Under the pieces are notes generated by a model. The model did no database searches and was not told the origin of the DNA. It saw only the letters and a program-made list of their open reading frames with translations. A program made the position numbers and the translations under genes. From Patescibacteria group bacterium (lineage in GTDB: Bacteria; Patescibacteriota; Patescibacteriia; UBA10025; JAHIVO01), in NCBI GenBank assembly GCA_049325535.1, contig JBMOKY010000001.1, positions 1,008,048 through 1,072,047 of the forward strand: DNA of 64,000 nt, read 5' to 3'. Within the stretch, counting starts at the first letter, position 1. The number at the start of each line of letters is the position of its first letter. Positions 8,876 to 17,515 of the stretch are shown piece by piece.

Positions 8876-8890
8876 TGACAATCAAAAAAA

Positions 8891-10495
8891 CTATAACACC
8901 TTCACCATGTATGTATCCTGGAGCGTAAAACCCAACTTCTCATAATACCCCCGCACGCCGATACCCGAAATGACGGCCAATTTTTTATAGCCATGTTCGC
9001 GAGCCAGCTCTTCGGCGCGCGCCATCAAGCGTTTGCCAAATCCGATGTGCTGCACCGCTTGCCGGCCGGAATCCACCGGCATCAGTTCCCCGTACGTGTG
9101 CAGTTCGCGAATCAGCGCGGTGTCAGTGGGAAACGCCAGTTCATTGCCGGTCATGGTAATCTTCTTCTTATCAAAAAACCGTATCACTTCCAATTTCTCA
9201 GTAATGCGATTGTCCCGATCCGGCAACCGCAAACGAGTAAAGGCATAGAGTTTCGAGCGATCATTATTTTCAAAACTGAGAAAATGTTCCGTGCCTTGGC
9301 CGGCGCGGTAGATACGGTCAACGAGTTCAGCCTCGCTCTCGGGTACGGCATCGCGTACTTCCCGACACCGAATGCATTGACAGACCACTCCCTGATCATG
9401 CATCAACTGACGCAAGTTAGTCACCAAATTGCCCGCTACAATATCATCACCCGGAATATCCCGTATCAAACGATTGATGCGGACATATGGTGGAATTAAA
9501 TCTTTCTTGATGCGAACCAACAGGTCGAGCAATTGATTACCTTCATATGGTTTATATTTGCCTTCTTTATACCACTGATAAATCTGCGCGCTTTTCACCA
9601 CCACGCAGGGATAAATCTTCAGCATGTCTGGCTGGAAACGTGGGTCAGTAAACACTTGTTTAAATACCTGATAATCACCTTCGGGTGTGGCGCCCGGCAA
9701 TCCCGGCATCAGGTGATATGTCACTTTAAATCCAAAATCCCGCAGCATAGCTGTCGCCCGAGCGATATTCTGCACATTGTCGTCGCGCTTAATGAGATCG
9801 AGCACTTGTTGGTCAAGCGTTTGCACGCCGATCTGCACATGGGTACAACCAAATTCCCGCATCCGCCACAGTTCTTCTTTGGTGACATAGTCTGGGCGGG
9901 TCTCCAAAGTTAAACCAATGATACGATGCTGGGCAGTCTCATTATGCTTCTGTGCGATGGCTAACGAGTCAGCGATAAATCCGTTGGCCCCGTCAAAGAG
10001 CCCTTTGATAAATTCCTCTTGGTATTTCTCATCATAATAAGACCACGTGCCGCCCAATACGATCAATTCAATTTTGTCGGCACTATGACCGTTGGCCTCA
10101 AATGCCTCAATACGAAGCTTCATCTGCTGGTACGGGTCAAAATGCAATTGGAGGGCGCGCTGGGCGGCCGGTTCCGAGGCGATATAGCTCTTCGGCATCC
10201 GCGCTTCAGTCGGACAATAGGCACAGCGTCCGGGGCAGGGATAGGGCTTAGTCAATACAGTCACCGGCGCAATACCCGATAACGTCCGCACGTCCCGCTT
10301 GCGCAAAACCCTCAGCAAGGTCGGATCCTGATCAGCGATCGGCACCTGACTGCGGTATTCTTTCAATATCTGGGCATTGGAATGTATGACACTGTCATGC
10401 TGAGTGGCTAAGTCGCGTTTTGCTTGGCGCAATGCCTCCTCGTCTGTTGGACGAATTTTCCGCAGGTCAGTAATGTAGGATTGTGATACACTCAT
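8891..10495 (-). CDS. elp3: Elp3-family radical-SAM / GNAT protein (tRNA U34 carboxymethyl modification enzyme homolog)
   Basis: Radical-SAM motif CPGRCAYCP plus a C-terminal GNAT domain (HIGFGKRLMARAEELAREHGYKKLAVISGIGVRGYYEKLGF). The longest ORF reaches 10636, but an internal ATG at complement 10493-10495 avoids the overlap with the divergent methyltransferase gene. Confidence 0.8.
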   Translation of the reverse strand: MSVSQSYITDLRKIRPTDEEALRQAKRDLATQHDSVIHSNAQILKEYRSQVPIADQDPTLLRVLRKRDVRTLSGIAPVTVLTKPYPCPGRCAYCPTEARMPKSYIASEPAAQRALQLHFDPYQQMKLRIEAFEANGHSADKIELIVLGGTWSYYDEKYQEEFIKGLFDGANGFIADSLAIAQKHNETAQHRIIGLTLETRPDYVTKEELWRMREFGCTHVQIGVQTLDQQVLDLIKRDDNVQNIARATAMLRDFGFKVTYHLMPGLPGATPEGDYQVFKQVFTDPRFQPDMLKIYPCVVVKSAQIYQWYKEGKYKPYEGNQLLDLLVRIKKDLIPPYVRINRLIRDIPGDDIVAGNLVTNLRQLMHDQGVVCQCIRCREVRDAVPESEAELVDRIYRAGQGTEHFLSFENNDRSKLYAFTRLRLPDRDNRITEKLEVIRFFDKKKITMTGNELAFPTDTALIRELHTYGELMPVDSGRQAVQHIGFGKRLMARAEELAREHGYKKLAVISGIGVRGYYEKLGFTLQDTYMVKVL

Positions 10496-10499
10496 ATAT

Positions 10500-11219
10500 A
10501 TGAAACAAGAGACTGCACAAAGGATTGTAGAGGAAAATAAGCGGGTATACAACCGGATTGCCCGACACTTTTCTGGCACGAGGTCGCATCCGTGGGGGGA
10601 GTTTACCCTATTTGAGCCATATGTCAAAACAGGCAATCAGATACTAGACATCGGCTGTGGCAATGGTCGCCTGGCTGGCTTTTTTGAGCAAAAAAAAATC
10701 AACTATACTGGTGTGGATAACAGCGCGGCGCTGATTGATATTGCCAAGCAGGCACACCCTGCCGCTACCTTCCTGGTCAGTGAAGCGACGCAATTGCTAT
10801 TTTCCGATGGGCAATTCGATGTGGTCTGCAGCATCGCTACACTCCACCATATTCCATCACGGGAACTACGAGCAAAGGCCATCCGAGAAGCGGTCCGCGT
10901 GCTCAAACCCGGTGGTTACCTGCTGATAACAGAGTGGAACCTATGGCACCCGCAGTGGTGGAAATTGCTGGCACACTATTCATGGCGAAAATTCACCGGA
11001 CAAAGCGATCTCGATTGGGGGGATGTCGAAAAGCCATGGAAAGATGCCCGAGGAACGGTGCAGGGCATGCGATACCTCCACCCCTTTTCCCGCCGGCAGA
11101 TGGCACGCTTGTGCACCGACCAGGGCTGTACCCTCGTCTACCAAGAGTACACGACTCAAGGAGTGCCCACCCGGTGGTACCGCGGCTATAATCTGGTCAC
11201 TATCTGCCAAAAGCATTGA
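10500..11219 (+). CDS. Class I SAM-dependent methyltransferase, Trm9-like
   Basis: N-terminus VYNRIARHFSGTRSHPWGEF resembles the Trm9/ALKBH8 MTase N-terminal motif (...HFS.TR.KPW). SAM motif I is LDIGCGNGR. It sits divergent from elp3 with start codons about 5 nt apart. Confidence 0.6.
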   Translation: MKQETAQRIVEENKRVYNRIARHFSGTRSHPWGEFTLFEPYVKTGNQILDIGCGNGRLAGFFEQKKINYTGVDNSAALIDIAKQAHPAATFLVSEATQLLFSDGQFDVVCSIATLHHIPSRELRAKAIREAVRVLKPGGYLLITEWNLWHPQWWKLLAHYSWRKFTGQSDLDWGDVEKPWKDARGTVQGMRYLHPFSRRQMARLCTDQGCTLVYQEYTTQGVPTRWYRGYNLVTICQKH

Positions 11220-11274
11220 AAATCAAGGGTATCTATGATATCCTCAATACCATAATAGCTTTATCAACCACACT

Positions 11275-12438
11275 ATGCACACTATATTACGAGTCGTCTG
11301 CGGCATCGTGCTGGGAATTTTTTTAGTTCCCCTGAGTGCTCATGCGCTCGGCGTGGCTGCCGAGGAGAGCGTAACCCTGGCAGCTGACGAAATCATTGAT
11401 GATAATTATTTCGCTGCCGGTAACTCCATCACCATCGATGGCACGGTCAATGGTGACGTCTACGCCTTCGGTACGGTCATCACGATCAATGGCACCATCG
11501 GTGGCGACCTAATCAGTGGCGGGACACGTATCGAAATCAATGGCGAGGTAAAAGGCAATCTCCGGGCCGGTGCTACCACCATCCAGATCAATGCCCCAAT
11601 CGGTAAAAATGTGACGGTCGCCGGCGCGACTATCGCGCTCAATAGCGACAGTTCGGTCGGTTGGAGCTTCATCGGCGCTGGTCAGACTATAAAATTCGAT
11701 GGACCGATCGGAGGAAATGTAAATGTGGCCGGCGACTCCATCACTGTAAACGCCCCGATTGGCGGCAATACTGATGTTACGATCGGCGAACAAGGTCATG
11801 TGGCACTCGGAGAAAAAGCTCGACTGGATGGCGACCTGACCTACCGCGGAACCAAGGCAGCGCAAATCAGCGCTGACGCAGTCATACGCGGCGCAACCGT
11901 GCATCGGGAGCTCAACGCAAACATCAATTTCGATAAATCATTTTTCACCCGCGCCTGGATATTTCTCAAATTGGTCAGCCTGTTCGGCACGCTGCTGGTG
12001 GGTACCATCCTGGTCAGCGTGGCAGGTGCCTGGACAGAGGAACAAACCAAAAAAATGCTGGAAAAGCCAGGGCTTCAGTGCATGTGGGGGCTGATCATCC
12101 TGATTGTCGTGCCCATAGCCGTGGTTATTCTCATGCTGACGCTCATCGGTATACCGCTGGGGGTTGTCGTCTTGGGAATGTATTTTCTGGCACTCTATCT
12201 GGCAAAAATATTCGTCGGAATCATCATTGGTAATTACATCCTGCGCCAAAATGAAGCTAAACCTTTCCCGCTCATCTGGCGCATGATGCTCGGCACCACC
12301 GTGGTGGTACTGATCGTCAATATCCCAGTCATCGGCTGGTTATGCTCACTGGGCGTAACAATCTGGTTTTTAGGTTCACTCTGGACGAGAAGCGTCCATC
12401 ATTCATCAATAACCCCTCCCTCCCATGCCAAACATTAG
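11275..12438 (+). CDS. Signal-peptide beta-helix repeat protein (bactofilin / DUF4097-like repeats) with a C-terminal multi-TM region
   Basis: N-terminal signal-like segment. The repeats INGTIGGDLISGGTRIEINGEVKGNLRAGATTIQINAPIGKNVTVAGATIAL... have the periodicity of bactofilin / adhesin-like beta-helices. Four hydrophobic helices occupy the last ~150 aa. Confidence 0.5.
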   Translation: MHTILRVVCGIVLGIFLVPLSAHALGVAAEESVTLAADEIIDDNYFAAGNSITIDGTVNGDVYAFGTVITINGTIGGDLISGGTRIEINGEVKGNLRAGATTIQINAPIGKNVTVAGATIALNSDSSVGWSFIGAGQTIKFDGPIGGNVNVAGDSITVNAPIGGNTDVTIGEQGHVALGEKARLDGDLTYRGTKAAQISADAVIRGATVHRELNANINFDKSFFTRAWIFLKLVSLFGTLLVGTILVSVAGAWTEEQTKKMLEKPGLQCMWGLIILIVVPIAVVILMLTLIGIPLGVVVLGMYFLALYLAKIFVGIIIGNYILRQNEAKPFPLIWRMMLGTTVVVLIVNIPVIGWLCSLGVTIWFLGSLWTRSVHHSSITPPSHAKH

Positions 12439-13771
12439 TGCAAAAGTATTCAAAAGCTACGACGTCCGCGGCATTTATCCGACTGACCTGAATCTCGAAA
12501 CAGCATACGCTGTCGGGCAGGGATATGCCCAACTGACGGGCGCCAAAAAAGTAGTAGTAGGGCGGGACATGCGCATTGGCTCCCCGGAAATTTTTGAGCA
12601 GCTGACAAATGGCCTCCGCAGTCAGGGGGTGGTCGTGGAAAATATCGGCCTCGTACCCATTGACGCCGTATACTTTGCCGTCGGAACATTTGGCTATGAC
12701 GGGGGGTTGATGATTACCGCATCGCACAATCCCAAGGAATACAATGGCATCAAAATGGTGGTCAAACACGACCAGGGATTGGAGTGGATCCGTGGCAAGG
12801 AACTGTATGATTTCATCCGGGACAAAAAATTTACAGAGACATCAGCCGCCCCAATGACTGAACGCGACATCATGTCCGAGTATATCAAACACGTTTTATC
12901 ATTTGTCGATGTTAATAAAATTAAACCTTTCAAAATCGTGGTTGACGCCGGTAATGGTATGGCGGGCAAAATAATGCCTTTGTTGTTTGCTCACCTCCCC
13001 GGTACGTTGATTCCCATGAATTTCGAATTGGACGGCAATTTCCCAGCCCACCCATCAAATCCACTGCTCCCCGAATCACAGGCGGGTATCACCCAAGCGG
13101 TAGTAGCGCACCAAGCTGATTTTGGCGTCATCCTCGACGGGGATACGGATCGACTTTTTTTCATCACGGAGAAAGGCGAATTTATTCGCGCTGACGCCAC
13201 ACTACTGGTGCTGGCAAAGTATTTTCTCGAGCACGAACCGGGTGCGGGTATTGCCTACAATGTTATCTGCAGCAAAGCGGTACCGGAACGAATCACCGAA
13301 TGGGGTGGGCGGCCATTGCGCAGTAAGGTGGGCTTTGTCAATCTCGCACGGACTATGCGAGAAAACGGCGGTATCATGAGTGGGGAGCTGTCCGCACACT
13401 ACGCATTTCGAAAAAACTTCTACGCCGATTCCGGTTTTATTGCCTTTGTTATTCTATTGATGCTCATCTCCGAGCACAATAAAAAACTGTCGGAAATCGT
13501 CGAGGGGCTCATACCCTACGCCAAAGGTGACGAAATCAACCTGGAGGTACAGAATATTCCGGATATCATCAGTAAGGTAAAAAAACAATACCAAGACGGA
13601 ACCCAGGATGAACTCGATGGCCTGACAGTCCAATATGACACGTGGTGGTTTAATGTACGGCCGTCAAACACCGAGCCATTGCTCCGAGTAACGGTTGAAG
13701 CGGATACCCCGGCGTTACTCCAGGAAAAACAGGAAGAGGTCACCAGCTGTATTCGCTCAATCACCTCATGA
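12425..13771 (+). CDS. Phosphoglucomutase / phosphomannomutase (alpha-D-phosphohexomutase)
   Basis: Active-site TASHNPKEYNGIK and the metal-binding DGDTDR motif. Confidence 0.85.
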   Translation: MPNISAKVFKSYDVRGIYPTDLNLETAYAVGQGYAQLTGAKKVVVGRDMRIGSPEIFEQLTNGLRSQGVVVENIGLVPIDAVYFAVGTFGYDGGLMITASHNPKEYNGIKMVVKHDQGLEWIRGKELYDFIRDKKFTETSAAPMTERDIMSEYIKHVLSFVDVNKIKPFKIVVDAGNGMAGKIMPLLFAHLPGTLIPMNFELDGNFPAHPSNPLLPESQAGITQAVVAHQADFGVILDGDTDRLFFITEKGEFIRADATLLVLAKYFLEHEPGAGIAYNVICSKAVPERITEWGGRPLRSKVGFVNLARTMRENGGIMSGELSAHYAFRKNFYADSGFIAFVILLMLISEHNKKLSEIVEGLIPYAKGDEINLEVQNIPDIISKVKKQYQDGTQDELDGLTVQYDTWWFNVRPSNTEPLLRVTVEADTPALLQEKQEEVTSCIRSITS

Positions 13772-14430
13772 TCCGCGGCATTATTTTTGACATGGATGGG
13801 GTGGTTATAGATTCCGAACACCTCTGGGTAGAAGCGATACGGCAACAAATGGCCAAACGGAGCCTCGTTATCCCCCGCACTGCCGCCTACCAGCGCTATG
13901 TCAATCTCCATTTTCGCGGACGCAACCAGCGGCACGCGATATTGATGTGGAAACGATATTTCCATCTGGCAGAGCCGGCTAATGAGCTTATCCGGGAACG
14001 GGTCACGCTGCTGCTCAATATCTTCAAACAAAAATTACGCCCTATCCCGGGTATCCGTGGGCTACTCAATAAAACGCATCCCCGCTACCCGCTGGCATTG
14101 GCCTCGTCTTCCCCTCGTTCGGTAATCAGGTATGCACTGCGACGCGTCAACCTCCGGTCTTATTTTCAGTCGGTAATTTCTGGGGACGATTTCCACCACA
14201 GCAAACCAAATCCCGAAATTTTTCTCACCGCTGCCCGGCAGCTGCGCCTCCCGGCGCGCGACTGTCTGGTGATCGAGGATTCACTGAGCGGCGTACTGGC
14301 CGCCCACCGGGCCCGCATGCGCTGCATCGGCCTGAAACAGCCATACAATACCCGCCGGGATTTACAGACCGCGGACATTGTGGTACAACGATTATCTCAG
14401 ATAACGTTACCCCTGATACGTTCTCTATGA
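13768..14430 (+). CDS. HAD-superfamily hydrolase (beta-phosphoglucomutase-like subfamily IA)
   Basis: Motif I IIFDMDGVVIDSE. The 4-nt overlap with the upstream gene suggests an operon. Confidence 0.75.
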   Translation: MIRGIIFDMDGVVIDSEHLWVEAIRQQMAKRSLVIPRTAAYQRYVNLHFRGRNQRHAILMWKRYFHLAEPANELIRERVTLLLNIFKQKLRPIPGIRGLLNKTHPRYPLALASSSPRSVIRYALRRVNLRSYFQSVISGDDFHHSKPNPEIFLTAARQLRLPARDCLVIEDSLSGVLAAHRARMRCIGLKQPYNTRRDLQTADIVVQRLSQITLPLIRSL

Positions 14431-15218
14431 TCGGCATTTTTGATTCCGGCATCGGCGGTCTGACCGTCATCAAAGAATTACGCAAACAATTACCCGACTA
14501 CCAGCTGGTGTATTTTGGTGACACGGCCCGCACCCCATATGGAAACAAAAGCACCGACACCGTGATCCAATACGCCAAGGAAAATACTGAATTCTTGATT
14601 TCCCAAGGTGCTCAAATCATTGTCATTGCCTGCAATACCGCCTCTGCCGTAGCCACTGATGCTTTACGCGCCACCTATCCCCAGATACCCTTTTTTGAAG
14701 TGATCACCCCGGCTGCTGAAGCTGCGGCCAACCACTCCAAATCCGGCCGCATCGGCGTCATCGGCACCCGCACCACCATCAATAGCGACATCTACCAGAA
14801 AACGATCCAGAGCCACCGGCCAAAAATGTCCGTCACCAGCAAAGCCTGCCCCCTTTTCGTCCCACTCGCTGAGGAGGGATGGATCAATGATCAGATTACG
14901 AAGATTACCGCCCGACGCTATCTGGCCACCCTCAAACGTCATCAAATCGACACGCTCATCTTGGGCTGTACCCACTACCCCATCTTACGTAACGTCATCC
15001 AGCAAAAAATCGGCAAGCGCGTATTCTTGATTGACCCCGCTGTTCCGACCGTCGCCGCACTGCACCAATACCTTGCCGCTCACCCCGAGCTGGAGCAATC
15101 ATTGCCAAAAAATTCGAACCACCAATACTTCTTCAGCGATATCCCACCGCACATGACTGAGCTCACCCAGCGGTGGCTCGGGGAGTCGGTCAAACCACTG
15201 CTGCACCACATAAGCTGA
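14427..15218 (+). CDS. murI: Glutamate racemase
   Basis: MIGIFDSGIGGLTV, ACNTAS and GCTHYP motifs. Confidence 0.85.
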   Translation: MIGIFDSGIGGLTVIKELRKQLPDYQLVYFGDTARTPYGNKSTDTVIQYAKENTEFLISQGAQIIVIACNTASAVATDALRATYPQIPFFEVITPAAEAAANHSKSGRIGVIGTRTTINSDIYQKTIQSHRPKMSVTSKACPLFVPLAEEGWINDQITKITARRYLATLKRHQIDTLILGCTHYPILRNVIQQKIGKRVFLIDPAVPTVAALHQYLAAHPELEQSLPKNSNHQYFFSDIPPHMTELTQRWLGESVKPLLHHIS

Positions 15219-15221
15219 CCA

Positions 15222-15259
15222 TAAAAAAAGAGACCCCACCAAAAGGTACGGCGGGGTCC
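15222..15259 (-). terminator. Intrinsic terminator downstream of the recA-hyp unit (minus strand)
   Basis: On the minus strand a GACCCCGCC...GGTGGGGTC hairpin is followed by UUUUUUU. Confidence 0.55.
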
Positions 15260-15282
15260 GGACGGTCGATACGTTTGCGCCA

Positions 15283-15639
15283 TCAATGCGCGATACCCAG
15301 CCGGCCGCAGAGCTCATCGGCAAAGGCGATGACCTGCGCATCTTTGATGCGCTTATGCCTGAACGTGTGCATCAGATCCCGCCAAAATCCCGGCTTGGTC
15401 AGGTCACACGTGCTCAAAAAAACCTCATGCGGATACAGGTACTCGCCAAATCCCGCTGGCTCAGGAAAGCATTCCGGATAGGGACTGTCGGATGCAGTAC
15501 TGTGCTGGTCGGCCAGCGTACGCAGCTCGTCGCAGAAACGGATCCCATAGCGATGGGGAAGCCGTCGTACGCGACGATACATCACCACGCATACTCGCTG
15601 AAAGAACGAATAGTCAACCGTGACTTCAAAAAACATGAC
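15283..15639 (-). CDS. Hypothetical protein (118 aa) downstream of recA
   Basis: ATG at complement 15637-15639 is preceded by AAGGAGG (7-nt spacer). I recognise no family and it does not look like RecX. It terminates at the hairpin above. Confidence 0.45.
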   Translation of the reverse strand, partial: VMFFEVTVDYSFFQRVCVVMYRRVRRLPHRYGIRFCDELRTLADQHSTASDSPYPECFPEPAGFGEYLYPHEVFLSTCDLTKPGFWRDLMHTFRHKRIKDAQVIAFADELCGRLGIAH

Positions 15640-15754
15640 ACTACCTCCTTGGGAATGTTTGTGTAACTTTTTTTGTAATACTACCATAGCACAATTCCCC
15701 GGCCAGGCAAGTGCTCCGGCGAGAAATTGCTAATCTTGGTACAATCTTCGAAGT

Positions 15755-16798
15755 CTAGACCTTTTCCTGAGCAGCCTCTGCCGCCTCAGCAGCCGCGGCG
15801 GCTTCCATCACCTTTTTCCGAAGTTCCTCGATGAGCTTCGGATTCTGACGCAGGAATAAGCGGGCATTCTCTCGGCCGACACCAAGTTTGGTCTCACCAT
15901 ACGCGACGGTGTTCCCGCTTTTTTGGAGTACGTTGTATTTGATACCCGTATCGAGTAAATCCCCGGCTATGGAGATGCCTTCGTTGTACATGATGTCGAA
16001 TTCCGTCGTACGAAAAGGTGGTGCTACTTTGTTCTTCACAATCTTCACTTTGACGCGATTGCCAATAGATTCTTCCCCTTTTTTGATCTGGGCCGCCCGG
16101 CGCACCTCGACACGAACTGAGGCATAAAACTTCAGTGCCATACCGCCGGTGGTGGTTTCTGGATTCCCGAAGAAGACCCCGATCTTCATACGGGTTTGGT
16201 TGATGAAAATGACCACCGTCTTAGTCTTGCTGACAATACCCGCTAATTTTCGCAGTGCCTGGCTCATCAATCGCGCCTGAAGACCCATATGCGAATCTCC
16301 CATTTCGCCTTCAATTTCTGCCTTCGGTACGAGCGCGGCAACTGAATCAACGACTACCACATCCACGCCGTTTGACCGGACCAGCGTCTCGGTGATTTCT
16401 AGTGCCTGTTCACCCGTATCCGGCTGAGAAATAAATAGTTCATCGACATTCACACCGATCTTGCGGGCGTACTGCGGATCCAGGGCATGCTCGGCATCCA
16501 CGAACGCGGCGGTGCCACCCATGCGCTGAACCGATGCCACGATATGCTGCGCCAAGGTCGTTTTGCCGGATGCTTCCGGTCCATAGATTTCGATGATACG
16601 GCCACGGGGCACCCCCCCGACACCCAGTGCAATATCGAGCGAGGCGCATCCGGTGGGAACCGCATCGATGTCGATTTTACGGGCTTCACCGAGCTTCATG
16701 ATTGATCCTTCACCAAATCGTTCTTTGATCTGATTGATGGCTTCGAGCGCGGCGCGGGCACGCTGGGAGGTCTCGTGTTGGTCGCTTTTGGGGGACAT
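15755..16798 (-). CDS. recA: Recombinase RecA
   Basis: Walker [12 protein letters not shown], plus canonical RecA L1/L2 regions and an acidic C-terminal tail. Confidence 0.95.
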   Translation of the reverse strand: MSPKSDQHETSQRARAALEAINQIKERFGEGSIMKLGEARKIDIDAVPTGCASLDIALGVGGVPRGRIIEIYGPEASGKTTLAQHIVASVQRMGGTAAFVDAEHALDPQYARKIGVNVDELFISQPDTGEQALEITETLVRSNGVDVVVVDSVAALVPKAEIEGEMGDSHMGLQARLMSQALRKLAGIVSKTKTVVIFINQTRMKIGVFFGNPETTTGGMALKFYASVRVEVRRAAQIKKGEESIGNRVKVKIVKNKVAPPFRTTEFDIMYNEGISIAGDLLDTGIKYNVLQKSGNTVAYGETKLGVGRENARLFLRQNPKLIEELRKKVMEAAAAAEAAEAAQEKV

Positions 16799-16831
16799 AT
16801 GTATAGCCGTTAATAATGTGTTATGAGTATA

Positions 16832-17515
16832 CTATTGTTCCGGTTCCAGTTCAAGCAAAACCGTACGAACTACCTCGACCGGTTTGCTACGCTTTTTTTT
16901 GGAACTGACAGAAATGACATTGATGCCTTCCGTGAGTGTTACCGTCTCACTAAACGTTCCTGTCGAGTCGAGAAATACCTCCCGGCCATTTATGGTGACG
17001 ACGGTTTCCGGCTGAGTAGTTCCGGAAACGACAATGGTCGGCTCGCTGACCGTGCTATTATTACTCGGATTTGTCACTACCAGCGGGGGTGGTGAAAAAA
17101 CATTCACCACCGTAATGCCGAGGTACGCGAGCGCCCCACACACGACAGCGCCTATCAGCAGCCGACGAATTAAACGCGGACTGATGATTTCCCGGGGCAG
17201 TTCCTGTGGCTTCGGAACAAAACGGCTGCGCTCTGTTGCCGCCAGGACTCGCTGCTCACGTTGACGATACAAATCCAACACATATGCCGGATCGACTTTG
17301 AGGAATTCGGCATATCGTTTCAAATAATTTTCGATGTAGACACTCCCGGGCATCGCCGCGTAGTTACCCTGTTCCACGGCTTCGAGATATGCTGCTCGGA
17401 TTCCGGTACCCTGCGCTACATCGGAAATCGTCAAACCCGCCTCCTCACGAATTTTGCGCAGGCGCTCACCAAGCGTTTTGGTTCGTTCGATCGCCCGTCG
17501 TTGAAATAGGGTCAT
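16832..17515 (-). CDS. RodZ-like cytoskeleton protein (N-terminal HTH, single TM, C-terminal beta domain)
   Basis: The HTH segment LGERLRKIREEAGLTISDVAQGTGIRAAYLEAVEQGNY matches the RodZ / HTH_25 arrangement, followed by a TM helix and a Ser/Thr-rich periplasmic domain. Confidence 0.6.
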   Translation of the reverse strand: MTLFQRRAIERTKTLGERLRKIREEAGLTISDVAQGTGIRAAYLEAVEQGNYAAMPGSVYIENYLKRYAEFLKVDPAYVLDLYRQREQRVLAATERSRFVPKPQELPREIISPRLIRRLLIGAVVCGALAYLGITVVNVFSPPPLVVTNPSNNSTVSEPTIVVSGTTQPETVVTINGREVFLDSTGTFSETVTLTEGINVISVSSKKKRSKPVEVVRTVLLELEPEQ

